Origin: Lachnospiraceae bacterium
Lineage (GTDB): Bacteria > Bacillota > Clostridia > Lachnospirales > Lachnospiraceae
Reading direction: 5' to 3'
DNA: 64,000 nucleotides
Assembly (NCBI GenBank): GCA_017387565.1
Contig: JAFOEY010000034.1
Location: forward strand, 16,607-80,606
The notes under the pieces are model-generated. The model did no database searches and was not told where the DNA came from. It was given only the letters and a program-made list of their open reading frames with translations. The position numbers and the translations under genes are program-made. Numbering within the stretch: position 1 is the first letter of the stretch; every line of letters begins with the position of its first letter. Positions 29,919 through 40,009 of this stretch are shown here, piece by piece.

Positions 29919-31918
29919 TCAAATACGTTCAAATACCGGTATATATTCTAATGGCGCTTTTGCCTCAATCCACTGTCCGTCGGATAAAATCTGATGGCAA
30001 TCATTTGTATCCTGCCAGATTCCTTTCGGCAGATAAACCTTTCGTTCTCTCTGACCCATCTCAAGAATCGGAGCAACTAGATAACGAGAGCCAAACATAT
30101 ACTGATCATCAAGCTGCCAGCAAATATCATCTTCCGGAAACTCATAAAACATAGTTCTTAAAAGAGGAGCGCCTGTCTCGGAAGCTTCCTTCATCAGAGT
30201 TTCCAGATATGGTTTCATCTCCCATCTTTTTTCAAGATTCTTTTTCAAAATTTCATATACTTCTTTTCCATAACTCCAAAGCTCGTTGTCCTGACCTGTA
30301 AAAAGATATCCGCCTCCCCATTCCAAATCAGACAACGGCTCAATATTATGCGGTCCGCGGTTACCATGCATTCTTAAAATTGGGGTAAATACAGCATATT
30401 CAAACCAGCGGATTAAAAGTTCATGAAAATACGGATCATTCACATCCTCTGTCATTAATCCGCCAATATCTGTATTCCACCAGGGAATTCCGGCTAATCC
30501 CATATTTAATCCGGCACAAACCTGATCACGCAATGATTCAAACGTACTATTGATATCACCTGACCAAAACAATGTACCGTATTTCTGACTTCCTGCCCAT
30601 CCACAGCGAATCAGATGACAAATATCCTTTTCTTTTCCCGCTTCTTTCATTCCGTCGTAAAAGGCTTTTGCAAGCTGCTTTGGATAAAGATTGCTAACCT
30701 CCAGTCCTGTTCCAAGATAGTATCGGTAATTACTATAGTCATACACACCAAAATCCGGTTCACAGTTATCCAGCCAGAACATATCAATTCCCAAATCAGC
30801 ATAGTTTTTCTTACAGATTTCCCATAGAAACTTCTGTGCTTCCGGATTCGTAATATCAATGGAAATGCAGTCTCCCTCGTAATCATAAGTCTGCATACTG
30901 CCATGCTCCGTCTTAATCAGCAGTCCTCGGTCCAATAATTCCTGAAAATTTTCACTCTTTCTGTCCACATTTGGCCATACGGATACCACAACTTTCGTTC
31001 CCATTGCATGAAGTTCATCACACATCGCTTTCGGATCCGGCCAGTATATGGGATCAAAACGCCAGTCTCCCTGTCTCGTCCAATGAAAAAAATCAATAAT
31101 AATTACATCGAGCTTAATGCCAAGTCTCTGATATTCCCCGGCGACACGCAAAACTTCCTCCTGCGTACGATATCTTAATTTGCACTGCCACAAACCAAGC
31201 AATCCGTCAGGTAACATGGGGGCTCTACCAACAACCTTTGTATAATTCTCTACGATTTCTGCCGGTTTGTCTCCTACCGTAATCCAATAATCCATCTCCT
31301 TTGTGGCATCTGCTGTCCATTCTGTATAATTTTTCCCAAAAACAGCTCTTCCCACACCAGGATGATTCCATAAAAAACCATACCCCAAACTGGATACTGC
31401 AAAAGGAATGGAAACCTGCGAGTTGCGTTGAGCTAACTCCAGACTGCATCCCTTTAAGTCAAGATAAGGCTGTTGATATTGTCCCATCCCAAAGAACTGT
31501 TCTCCATCATGACTTTCGAATCTTACGGTCAACGCATAATGTCCACCGACAATCGGCTGATAATGTCTGCCAACAAATTTTAAACAAATGCTCTCCTTAG
31601 AAACCGTATTATCATAATTGCGGTGATATTCCTTTAAAAACTGCCTTCCATCCTTATAAAAGCGTAAAACACCATTTGCGTTGATGCTGATTTTTAATCT
31701 TCCATTGGTAATTTGTGCACAATTCTCTTCCTCTGATATTTCCACCTCTGCCCGGCTTTCATTTTCAGAGATTTCCTCATCCAGTGCCCAATTTTGTCCG
31801 GTAAAGTCCGGATACCGTGTTGCACGCACACGCAGGGCATTTTCCCCCATGGCTCAATCAAAAGCCTTTCACCCTGATGTCTCATTTCCAATCCATGATT
31901 CATTCTTCGAAACTGCAT
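29919..31918 (-). pseudogene. GH31 alpha-xylosidase/glucosidase-like gene with a -1 frameshift near the N-terminus
   Basis: GLWQCKLRY, IDFFHW, WLDNCEPD nucleophile region, WSGDI, WNTDIGG. The N-terminus MQFRR...LLIEPWG is in another frame and joins ENALRVRAT if the G5 run (31844-31848) were G6. Confidence 0.8.
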
Positions 31919-32220
31919 ATCTCTTCTCCTTTTATCTTTCTTATCAATTCTTTGATTTTTCCTTTTTATCTTTCTGATTGTTTCTGATTGATTCTATGAT
32001 TTTGCCTTTTATCTTTTTCTGTCTTTGGGTTTTATCTGTTCGTTACATTTTTTCTTTTTCCTTTTCGAATTCGCGTTCTCAATATATATCTTTTCCGCCT
32101 CGAACTTCGCACTTTACTATCTTGTTATTATGTTACAATTGCATTATAATGCTATCAAAGCTCTTTTTCTTGAAATATTTTTATATAAACTAACACAATA
32201 TTCACAACATAGAGGTTATA

Positions 32221-33123
32221 ATGCAACAATATCCCACTATTTTTGAAGAACAGACTGCTCATGGTCATGCAATTTTTCCCTGTGCCGTCTATCAGATTGA
32301 TTCCATACCGGAACATACCGAGAAAATATATTGCCACTGGCATCATGAATTGGAACTGTTACTGATACATGAAGGGACCTCTTTTCTTCATATAGATAAT
32401 CAAATTCATTCTATTTCTACCGGAGATGTTGCCTTTATTCCTTCCAATGCCGTTCATATGGTAATTGGAGAATCAAATTCTGTATTTCGTTTTACGGCTG
32501 TTGTCTTTCATCCGGATTTTATTAAAAGCTTTGGAAATGATGCCGTTATGGAAAAATATTTGAATCCTCTGTTCAAATGGCAGTTTGCATGTCCGTATGT
32601 TTTACAAAACTCCCCTGCCTGTCAAAAACTCATTCTTCATATCGCTTCACTCTATCAGGAAAAAAAATCAGGTTATGAACTCTTCATAAAAATGAACCTG
32701 TTGGAAATCTGTGCCCTTTTTTATCATTATGCAGAGCCATTTCAAATTCATAAGCCCAAATGCAATGATTATCAGACTGAACTGGCAAAAAAAATGATGC
32801 TTTATCTTCAGCAACATTATGATGAAAAAATAACCCTTTCCGAAATGGCAACACATTTTCATATTAGTAAAGGACATTTATGCCGTTTTTTCAAAGAAAT
32901 GACAAACATGTCACCTTTCGATTATCTGAATTATTTTCGTATAACCAAAAGTACCCGGCTATTGCATGATACAAATCTTTCAATCAGTACAATAGCCGGG
33001 CAAACCGGTTTCAACAATATCAGTTATTATAATCGGACCTTCCGCAAATATATGCACATGACCCCCGGTGCATACCGGAAAGACGTAATGGTTTCACCAA
33101 ATGAAAAAGACGAAAAAAACTAA
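32221..33123 (+). CDS. AraC family transcriptional regulator (cupin + HTH), divergent from GH31
   Basis: HWHHELE cupin, ITLSEMA...HLCRFFKE, GFNNISYYNRTFRKYMHMTPGAYR. Confidence 0.92.
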   Translation: MQQYPTIFEEQTAHGHAIFPCAVYQIDSIPEHTEKIYCHWHHELELLLIHEGTSFLHIDNQIHSISTGDVAFIPSNAVHMVIGESNSVFRFTAVVFHPDFIKSFGNDAVMEKYLNPLFKWQFACPYVLQNSPACQKLILHIASLYQEKKSGYELFIKMNLLEICALFYHYAEPFQIHKPKCNDYQTELAKKMMLYLQQHYDEKITLSEMATHFHISKGHLCRFFKEMTNMSPFDYLNYFRITKSTRLLHDTNLSISTIAGQTGFNNISYYNRTFRKYMHMTPGAYRKDVMVSPNEKDEKN

Positions 33124-33132
33124 CTCTTATTC

Positions 33133-33798
33133 TCATGTATCCAACGCCATTCCATCCACCCATTCATGGCAATATCGCAGATATTCCGCCTCCGTATTCA
33201 AAAAGTTTTCCGCATTCTTTGGCAGAACAATGGGCTCGATGGTCTCTTTATTATAATCGCAAACATAAATCGTTTTTCCGCAATTTAAAAACACCCAGTC
33301 AAATCGTATCTTTACTTTTTCCTGCGTATAACGCATATATTCAAACAACGCCCCTGCATCAATGTCGTTTTCATCCGTCGGATGCAAAAACAGATATAAA
33401 CCGTTATATTTTTTATGCACATAATTTGTGTTCAGCTTTTCCAATTTTCTGTCAAACCGGAATTTTGCTTTGGAAAGATAATCCTGCTGCACAGCACGAT
33501 CCGGCAAAATTGCCCAGAAACGTCCGTTATAAAAATGCAATCGTTCTCCATATTTTTCAAATGCGATGGGCGGAAGTTCTTCTTTCAGACATCCGAGATA
33601 TTTTTCAATAAAATCCTCTTCCTGTCCATCATGTGGCAGAAGTGCCTGACTGACTTCCAGTCCAAAATCCATCGTCTCATTAATCCAGTCCGGCGCCTCA
33701 CTCTTGATAAAGTATGGCTTATACTCCTTCCACAAATACTTTAAGGAAACCGCCGCATATATTTCATTTAGCATTTTTTCATAAGCCACATCGCTCAC
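33133..33798 (-). CDS. Hypothetical protein
   Basis: 221-aa ORF with a GTG start. SEAPDW...GLEVS resembles a degenerate PD-(D/E)xK-type motif. Confidence 0.65.
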   Translation of the reverse strand: MSDVAYEKMLNEIYAAVSLKYLWKEYKPYFIKSEAPDWINETMDFGLEVSQALLPHDGQEEDFIEKYLGCLKEELPPIAFEKYGERLHFYNGRFWAILPDRAVQQDYLSKAKFRFDRKLEKLNTNYVHKKYNGLYLFLHPTDENDIDAGALFEYMRYTQEKVKIRFDWVFLNCGKTIYVCDYNKETIEPIVLPKNAENFLNTEAEYLRYCHEWVDGMALDT

Positions 33799-33889
33799 CT
33801 GCCTTTTTATCCCTTACTATAACCATATCACGAATAATGAAAAAATTGTACTAAATTCATACTTTGTGATTTCACTTGCATTTACGCAG

Positions 33890-34066
33890 AAATAATGATA
33901 AAACATTTATGTCCGGGGAAACAGGTGAAAATCCTGTACGAGCCCGTCGCCGTAAGGCACATCAATACTGCCGTTCTTATCAAAAGCCACAGTTTTGAGA
34001 CAAACCATTGGGTCATCCTGAGAAGGTTGAACGGTAAGGTGCCAAGTCGAAATATCCGGATATCTC
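33890..34066 (+). ncRNA. Cobalamin riboswitch
   Basis: GGGGAAACAGGTGAAAATCCTGTACGAGCCCGTCGCCGTAA ... CCATTGGG..CCTGAGAAGG ... AAGTCGAAATATCCGG B12-element pattern. An alternative hairpin GATATCTCCA..TGGAGAAATATC plus U-tract (34059-34120) follows. Confidence 0.85.
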
Positions 34067-34212
34067 CAAAGATAAACCGCGAGTGCCGGTAGATGGAGAA
34101 ATATCATTTTTCTTTTTTCAATTGTAAACTAATAAATTTGCTATTCTATCACAGCAAACTTTTTAAAAGCAGAAAAAAGAAAAAAATAACAAAATAAGGA
34201 GAAAACACGAAA

Positions 34213-34779
34213 ATGAAAGTAAGAAACAAAAAATTCTTTTCCTTACTCCTTTGTATGATGTTAACTGTGGCAATGGCATTTAGTACAACAGGTTGTAGTG
34301 GAAACAATAAAGAAAGCGAAGCCCAAACCGAAACGCAGGTAGAGGCTGATGCACAGACAGCAGAAGAATCTGATGTGCAGGAAGATGCGCAGGATGCTGA
34401 ACAGATAGCCGAGGCAGAAGGTGCGCAGGCCGAAGAACAGGCAACAGAACAGCCCGACGCACAGACGGATGCAACCGTACTTGGTGAAGGACAGACAGTT
34501 TTCACATTTAATGTTACAGATGCGGATGGAAATGAAACTAATTTTGAAATCCACACTGATAAAGAAACGGTCGGTGATGCTCTTTTAGAGCTTAACTTGA
34601 TTGCCGGCGAAGACAGCGAATACGGTCTTTATGTCAAAACCGTAAACGGCATTACTGCTGATTACGACAAAGACCAGACTTACTGGGCTTTTTACGTAAA
34701 TGGCGAATATGCTCAGACAGGTGTTGATTCCACAAACGTTACTGCAGGAGACACATACTCCTTTAAGGTTGAAAAATAA
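34213..34779 (+). CDS. DUF4430 (transcobalamin C-terminal-like) lipoprotein, probable B12-binding
   Basis: Lipobox TTGC, acidic linker, TVGDALL...YGLYVKTVNGI...YWAFYVNGEYAQTGVD...GDTYSF. Confidence 0.8.
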   Translation: MKVRNKKFFSLLLCMMLTVAMAFSTTGCSGNNKESEAQTETQVEADAQTAEESDVQEDAQDAEQIAEAEGAQAEEQATEQPDAQTDATVLGEGQTVFTFNVTDADGNETNFEIHTDKETVGDALLELNLIAGEDSEYGLYVKTVNGITADYDKDQTYWAFYVNGEYAQTGVDSTNVTAGDTYSFKVEK

Positions 34780-35297
34780 TGAAGCTTTCGACTAGAGAGC
34801 TGACTGTTTTTGCGATGCTCGGTGCGCTCATGTATGCCTCAAAGGTCATCATGGAAGTGGCACCGAACGTCCATCTTTTAAGTGTATTTACCGTTGCTTT
34901 TACCGTTGTATACCGAAAAAAAGCGTTATACCCCATTTATACCTATGTTTTGTTAAATGGAATTTTTTGTGGATTTGCAACCTGGTGGATACCTTATCTG
35001 TATATATGGACGGTTCTTTGGGGCGTCATTATGCTCCTTCCGCGCAATATGAAAAAAACAGTCAGACCGATTGTATACATGGTGTGTTGCTCTTTGCACG
35101 GTTTCCTATTCGGAACACTGTATGCACCGGCACAAGCACTTTTATACGGATTGAATTTTAAGGCAATGATTGCATGGATTATCGCAGGATTACCATGGGA
35201 TATGGTACACGGTATCAGCAATTTCTTTTGCGGATTTCTGATTATACCGATTGTCAAAGTGCTTACTATGTTGGAAAATGGAAAAACAGGGACGTAG
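34779..35297 (+). CDS. ECF transporter S component (CbrT-like, cobalamin)
   Basis: AML.ALM...PNVHLL...GLPWDMVHGISNF. Translationally coupled to DUF4430 under a B12 riboswitch. Confidence 0.75.
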   Translation: MKLSTRELTVFAMLGALMYASKVIMEVAPNVHLLSVFTVAFTVVYRKKALYPIYTYVLLNGIFCGFATWWIPYLYIWTVLWGVIMLLPRNMKKTVRPIVYMVCCSLHGFLFGTLYAPAQALLYGLNFKAMIAWIIAGLPWDMVHGISNFFCGFLIIPIVKVLTMLENGKTGT

Positions 35298-35321
35298 CTT
35301 TTGGACGCCCCTGTTTTTTTA
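35283..35321 (+). terminator. Intrinsic terminator
   Basis: AAAACAGGG...CCCCTGTTTTTTT. Confidence 0.7.
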
Positions 35322-35330
35322 TCATTTTAT

Positions 35331-35711
35331 CTATTGCTCTTTTCTCTTATACCCAATCCACTCACAAAATCCTAGTAGCAGGCATCCCACACCATAGCAG
35401 ACAATATCTTTGAAATCAAAAGTTGATCCCAGTATCGTTCTTAAAAATACATTGTTTTCCACACCCAGAATTTCCACCAGTCGAAAATACTGCAATACTT
35501 CCACCGCAGCAGCAAAGACAAAAATTGCCCCGGGTAGCCATCTGTATTTTTCCGGTATCCAGATCCTGACAAAAAAGTAGAGTACAACTACAACCAATAC
35601 ATCGCCCAAGTAAGGACGCACAAAATCATCATGCACATATAAGGCAATCAAAACTTCGATTACCAGAAAAATCATAAAAAGGATGAAATTGAAAAAACGT
35701 TTTTTGAGCAT
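35331..35711 (-). CDS. DUF2809-like membrane protein
   Basis: FVRPYLGDVL...VEVLQYF...LGSTFDFKDIVCYGVG. Confidence 0.8.
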   Translation of the reverse strand: MLKKRFFNFILFMIFLVIEVLIALYVHDDFVRPYLGDVLVVVVLYFFVRIWIPEKYRWLPGAIFVFAAAVEVLQYFRLVEILGVENNVFLRTILGSTFDFKDIVCYGVGCLLLGFCEWIGYKRKEQ

Positions 35712-35762
35712 TTGCAGTACCTCTTTCGAATATCTTTTACTCTCTTTTCAGTATCTGCGTTC

Positions 35763-36308
35763 CTATAATTCAGTTTCCAAAATTCTTCGCAGTTCCTTAA
35801 TTAAATCCTCAATGATGACCGGCTTTGAAATAAAACCGTTCATACCGGCATCCTGTGCCTTCAAAAGTTCGAGTGATTCAACTCCATTTCCGACTTCCTC
35901 AACCAAAAGACCATGCTCCAGAAGGATTTCTTTTAAAATCACACGGTTTGTCTCATTATCATCCACCAATAATACGCGATGCCCGGGCAGTCTTTCGATA
36001 TTGACCATTTCTTCCGGTTGCAATTCTTCATACGTATTTTCTCCCAACGTATAGGTAATTGCAGTTTCCATATCCTGTAAAACCGCCTGAATCTTATCCA
36101 GATAGTCAACAGCCTGCTTATCATTGTTACGACCAAGCTCCGCATATCCGACCGCACTGTTAAGTGCTGTCCTAAGATCCCGCAAAGATTTCCTGTTAAA
36201 TTCTGTTTCTTTCCTCGCAGCTTCTAACTCTGCATCTAAAAGATCCAGCTTCTTTAAAAGCATTTCATAATAATTATGCGAACTGCGTACATTTCCATCC
36301 GGATACAA
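35763..36308 (-). pseudogene. Degenerate hybrid histidine kinase/receiver fragment
   Basis: HisKA-like SLRDLRTALNSAVG (His absent), no HATPase. Receiver VLLVDDN..NR...AGMNGFISKP lacks the phosphoacceptor Asp segment. Confidence 0.6.
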
Positions 36309-36318
36309 GCAAAATTTT

Positions 36319-36356
36319 CGGGAACGATTCTTTTTTCACGAACAATCGTCCCCACT
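36319..36356. repeat. Family 3 palindrome at the 3' boundary of the polysaccharide operon
   Basis: Reverse complement AGTGGGGACGATT...AAAGAATCGTTCCCG resembles 45668-45706. Confidence 0.55.
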
Positions 36357-36360
36357 TCAA

Positions 36361-38709
36361 CTACACCAAACTCATCTCATTAAATTCTATCATTTCCGCT
36401 TTCTTTTTTTCCTGTGTCAGAACAGGTTGTTTTTCCTTTGCAATCCGAAGAACAAATTCCATAATCTCATCGCATTTGTTTTGCTCGCTATAGACCTGAT
36501 TAAAATCCTCAATCTCATATAAATACATATCATTTATCTTGCGGCTTTCGACAGCTTTTATATCATGATTTCCAAAATGAAGTATAATTTCCTTATCCAA
36601 AGGCTTTCCTTCAATCGAAACAAATTGATAATTGAAGTCAATCACTTTTGCCATTCCGTTTCCACCAGAAGAACTATATGCAATAAAACTGTTGACCTCA
36701 ATTCTTGGAAAATGACGTTTTAAAAGAAATACCGGAACACTTCGTCGCCCGATATTGGTACTCAAATCATCATATACACTGTTTTTTTTCTGCAACTCTT
36801 GTGGCTTGGTTGGAATTCTATCATAACAGATTGCCAACAAATTATCATATCCTTGCTCACTTTTGAATCCTATAAATTCCATAGTATAAAGCCAAAGATT
36901 ATCTTGTTTTTCCTCTTTCTTTGTAAATTTAACTTCACACATCATTTCCACATGATAATTCCGGTCTGTGATTTCCAAACTGACACCAGATTCTTTATAC
37001 TCATTCAAAAGATGTGGTTTCTCAAGATATACAGCCGCACCGGTTTCGGAAACATCCTTTGTTTCACACTTATAATCAACACCATTCACATGCAAAACCG
37101 CTGGAATTTGAACTTGAACACGTTCGGCATTTCGATAAGTCTCTCTTCCACTGATAAAAAATGAACTCATAACCATATTATATAAATTTAAAATCAGCCA
37201 AAACAATACAACAACCGGTCCCATGGATCCACTATCAAACATATTACGTATACAGTTAATAATACCGATTATGGAAAGAATGATGAATATAAAAACAGGA
37301 ATTTGATATACAATCATTTTTTCCCATCCACTCTTTCCTTCGTCAGACAAGGTTTCTTTTTTTGTTACCTTAAACTTTTTTAGTGAAAAACCAAATGTCT
37401 CCAAAATAATCGGAATTAACATATACGGAAATAGCGCATACTCATAAATAGAAGTCCATTTCGTATTTCGAATATTATTACTTAATCGACGCAAACAAAT
37501 ATTACTGGAAACATACATAGGAAGCCAAAAAATAAGGACTTCCCAAAGGGAGCACCTAAAAATACAATATCCAAACACAGCATATAAAATTGGTGACATG
37601 ATGTAAAAAAATCTCTTTATCGGAGCATACCAGTACCAAATTGATGCCCAATAATTCATTTTCTGTTCAAAAGACAAATCCTTAGACGTAAAAATATGCA
37701 GTTTTCTTCCAGTTGCAATAACACCTCTGGCCCACCTAACTCTCTGCTGAATTAAGCTTTGAATCTCATTAGCACTCATTCCGGATGCTAAAACTTTACT
37801 GATCCCTAATGTAACATAACCTTTTTTCTGAATTAATATACCTGTTGCAAAGTCCTCTGTAATTGCATCTGTATAAAAGCCCCCAATATCATTTAAAGCT
37901 TCTCTACTAAGGATTGTGTTTGAACCGCCATAAATGCAACTATTTGTCCTTGTTCTTGCCACCTCAATATCTCGATAGAAGTAATCCTGTTCATTTGGTA
38001 TTTTCTGCTCTGCGTACAAATTGAACTGAAACAAATCCAAATCATAAAATGCCTGTGGTGTTTGAACAAAACCAAGTTTAATCTGGTCTTCCGGTTTTTT
38101 GCCTTTGTTTCGTATTTCAGCATCCACAAAATAGGGAATTGTTTCCATTAAAAAGCAGCTCTGAGGAATCATGTCTGCATCCAATGTCAAGATATATGGA
38201 GAATTGGAATGTGCCAGTGCATGATTCAAATTTCCTGCTTTTTGACCTTCATGAGTATCTCGATCCAAATAATTCACATGCAATTTGGATGCTAAAAGTT
38301 TCATAGTATCTCGATGTCCATCATCACACAAATAAATATGTACCTTATTTTTATCAGGATAATCTAACCTTTTGCAAGCACAAATTGTTTTTGCTAATAA
38401 AACATAATCTTCATTATATGTCGAAATAAAAACATCTACATCCGGATACAATTCTAATGGCACATTCGGTTTTTCATAATCCCTTGTATTATACATATTT
38501 GCATAATGAACCAGTGCCTCGACCATACCAAGTGTCTCTACAATTAATAAGGCAATACCTACAAAAATAGAAATAAAACCATATCCAAACGGAATCGTAA
38601 AAAAGATACGCCATGTCAAATATACTATCGTAAAATAAATATTTAGAACAAACCATCCCTTACTTTTCAAGTCGTGTATGAAATTTTTAAATACTTGATT
38701 TTTTTTCAT
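36361..38709 (-). CDS. Cellulose-synthase-like GT2 with C-terminal PilZ domain(s) (BcsA/CcsA-like)
   Basis: DVFISTYNE, LCDDG, KAGNLN, LDADMIP, FVQTPQ, TED, QRVRW. PilZ RNAER + DVSETG, plus a second degenerate RHFPR. Confidence 0.9.
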   Translation of the reverse strand: MKKNQVFKNFIHDLKSKGWFVLNIYFTIVYLTWRIFFTIPFGYGFISIFVGIALLIVETLGMVEALVHYANMYNTRDYEKPNVPLELYPDVDVFISTYNEDYVLLAKTICACKRLDYPDKNKVHIYLCDDGHRDTMKLLASKLHVNYLDRDTHEGQKAGNLNHALAHSNSPYILTLDADMIPQSCFLMETIPYFVDAEIRNKGKKPEDQIKLGFVQTPQAFYDLDLFQFNLYAEQKIPNEQDYFYRDIEVARTRTNSCIYGGSNTILSREALNDIGGFYTDAITEDFATGILIQKKGYVTLGISKVLASGMSANEIQSLIQQRVRWARGVIATGRKLHIFTSKDLSFEQKMNYWASIWYWYAPIKRFFYIMSPILYAVFGYCIFRCSLWEVLIFWLPMYVSSNICLRRLSNNIRNTKWTSIYEYALFPYMLIPIILETFGFSLKKFKVTKKETLSDEGKSGWEKMIVYQIPVFIFIILSIIGIINCIRNMFDSGSMGPVVVLFWLILNLYNMVMSSFFISGRETYRNAERVQVQIPAVLHVNGVDYKCETKDVSETGAAVYLEKPHLLNEYKESGVSLEITDRNYHVEMMCEVKFTKKEEKQDNLWLYTMEFIGFKSEQGYDNLLAICYDRIPTKPQELQKKNSVYDDLSTNIGRRSVPVFLLKRHFPRIEVNSFIAYSSSGGNGMAKVIDFNYQFVSIEGKPLDKEIILHFGNHDIKAVESRKINDMYLYEIEDFNQVYSEQNKCDEIMEFVLRIAKEKQPVLTQEKKKAEMIEFNEMSLV

Positions 38710-38712
38710 ATA

Positions 38713-39996
38713 CTATTCTTCTCCGCCTACCAAATCATCCATAAAAAATTGAAACGCCGAATCGCCTATGTTATAGGGATATACTTCAATAATGATACAA
38801 TCAAACTGATTTTCTCTAATGTACTGCTCAATATCAATTTCATGATTTTCTGTTAAATTCCATATAGCATCAATCTGACCGCACATTGGTGTCATAAATG
38901 TAATAACCGGAGAAAAATACGAATCTCGAATCATTAATATTTTTTTACCATTGGGATTGGAAAGATTCTTTATCTGTTCATATGCATAAATTGAATTCAA
39001 ATAAACAGAATATTGAGAATCTGAATATATATCCTCTTGTATCAATTTCTCAGGTAAAATAATGGTTCCAATAATATCACCCTTCGTTGTGATACTCTTT
39101 TCCTTTCTTTCGATAAAGGTTCTTTCGATTTCCATCTGAAATTTTGGATATAACACAGTCATATCCTCTAATCCTGAATACTGAAATCCGGTTGCACGCC
39201 CCATGGATCCCAACATGCCTTGTTTATAAACCTCTTTCCTATAATTTTCCTTTGTCAGGTATTTATCACAATCCAAATTATACTCATATTTTTCATTCAA
39301 AAAATCCGTCAAAATCTCTGTTGCATAAAATGCAGCCGGTGCAGTCCAATGATGATCTGTTTTAAAGAAAGCTTCTTCATAGGGTATTTCCTCATTTGGA
39401 AAATATAAGTTCAAATCAATTGTATCCACCCCTAATCGGTTCATATAAAATAATGTTTCATCAACCAAAACCTGAGGGTCATTTACCGGCATATCCTTTG
39501 AAAATCGACTGTCACTTGCTACATATTTTGATGGAGCAACGACAAATACTACTTCCGTATCATATTTTGACACGTAATCCTTAAGTCTCTTTACTCGCAT
39601 TGCATATTCAAAACAATTATTATCATCATCACGATAAAATGACGCATAATGCAAACTCCCGGTATTATCCTTGATGTATGTAAAATTACTGATTTCTTTC
39701 TTATTCAAAGTCTTTTGAACAAATCCAAAGCATTCAATAAATTGCATTTTATATGCAAAATTTTCTTCTAATTCCTGTTCAAAAGAAGAAATATGTTCCT
39801 GCAATTCTTCCGGATCTTTACGAACATCATTAACACATTCAAAAAAAGCCTCTTTTATCTCATCCGCGTTTATATACATATTGTAAGCAGAAAAAATAAT
39901 GATAAAGCATATAAAGATAACACAAACTAATCGTTTTCGGATAAAATATGCATTCTCTATAAAATTGTTTTTCATCTTTTTTAATAATTGTCTCAT
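38713..39996 (-). CDS. DHHW/AlgJ-AlgX-like SGNH O-acetyltransferase
   Basis: N-terminal TM anchor, KTDHHWT, IRDSYF. Confidence 0.82.
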   Translation of the reverse strand: MRQLLKKMKNNFIENAYFIRKRLVCVIFICFIIIFSAYNMYINADEIKEAFFECVNDVRKDPEELQEHISSFEQELEENFAYKMQFIECFGFVQKTLNKKEISNFTYIKDNTGSLHYASFYRDDDNNCFEYAMRVKRLKDYVSKYDTEVVFVVAPSKYVASDSRFSKDMPVNDPQVLVDETLFYMNRLGVDTIDLNLYFPNEEIPYEEAFFKTDHHWTAPAAFYATEILTDFLNEKYEYNLDCDKYLTKENYRKEVYKQGMLGSMGRATGFQYSGLEDMTVLYPKFQMEIERTFIERKEKSITTKGDIIGTIILPEKLIQEDIYSDSQYSVYLNSIYAYEQIKNLSNPNGKKILMIRDSYFSPVITFMTPMCGQIDAIWNLTENHEIDIEQYIRENQFDCIIIEVYPYNIGDSAFQFFMDDLVGGEE

Positions 39997-40009
39997 ATTA
40001 TTCCTTAAA

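Noticed and set aside
31920-32110. Pyrimidine-rich low-complexity tract upstream of GH31 as a possible ncRNA
   Set aside because: No stable structure or defined promoter-terminator pair. It resembles other low-complexity spacers in this genome.
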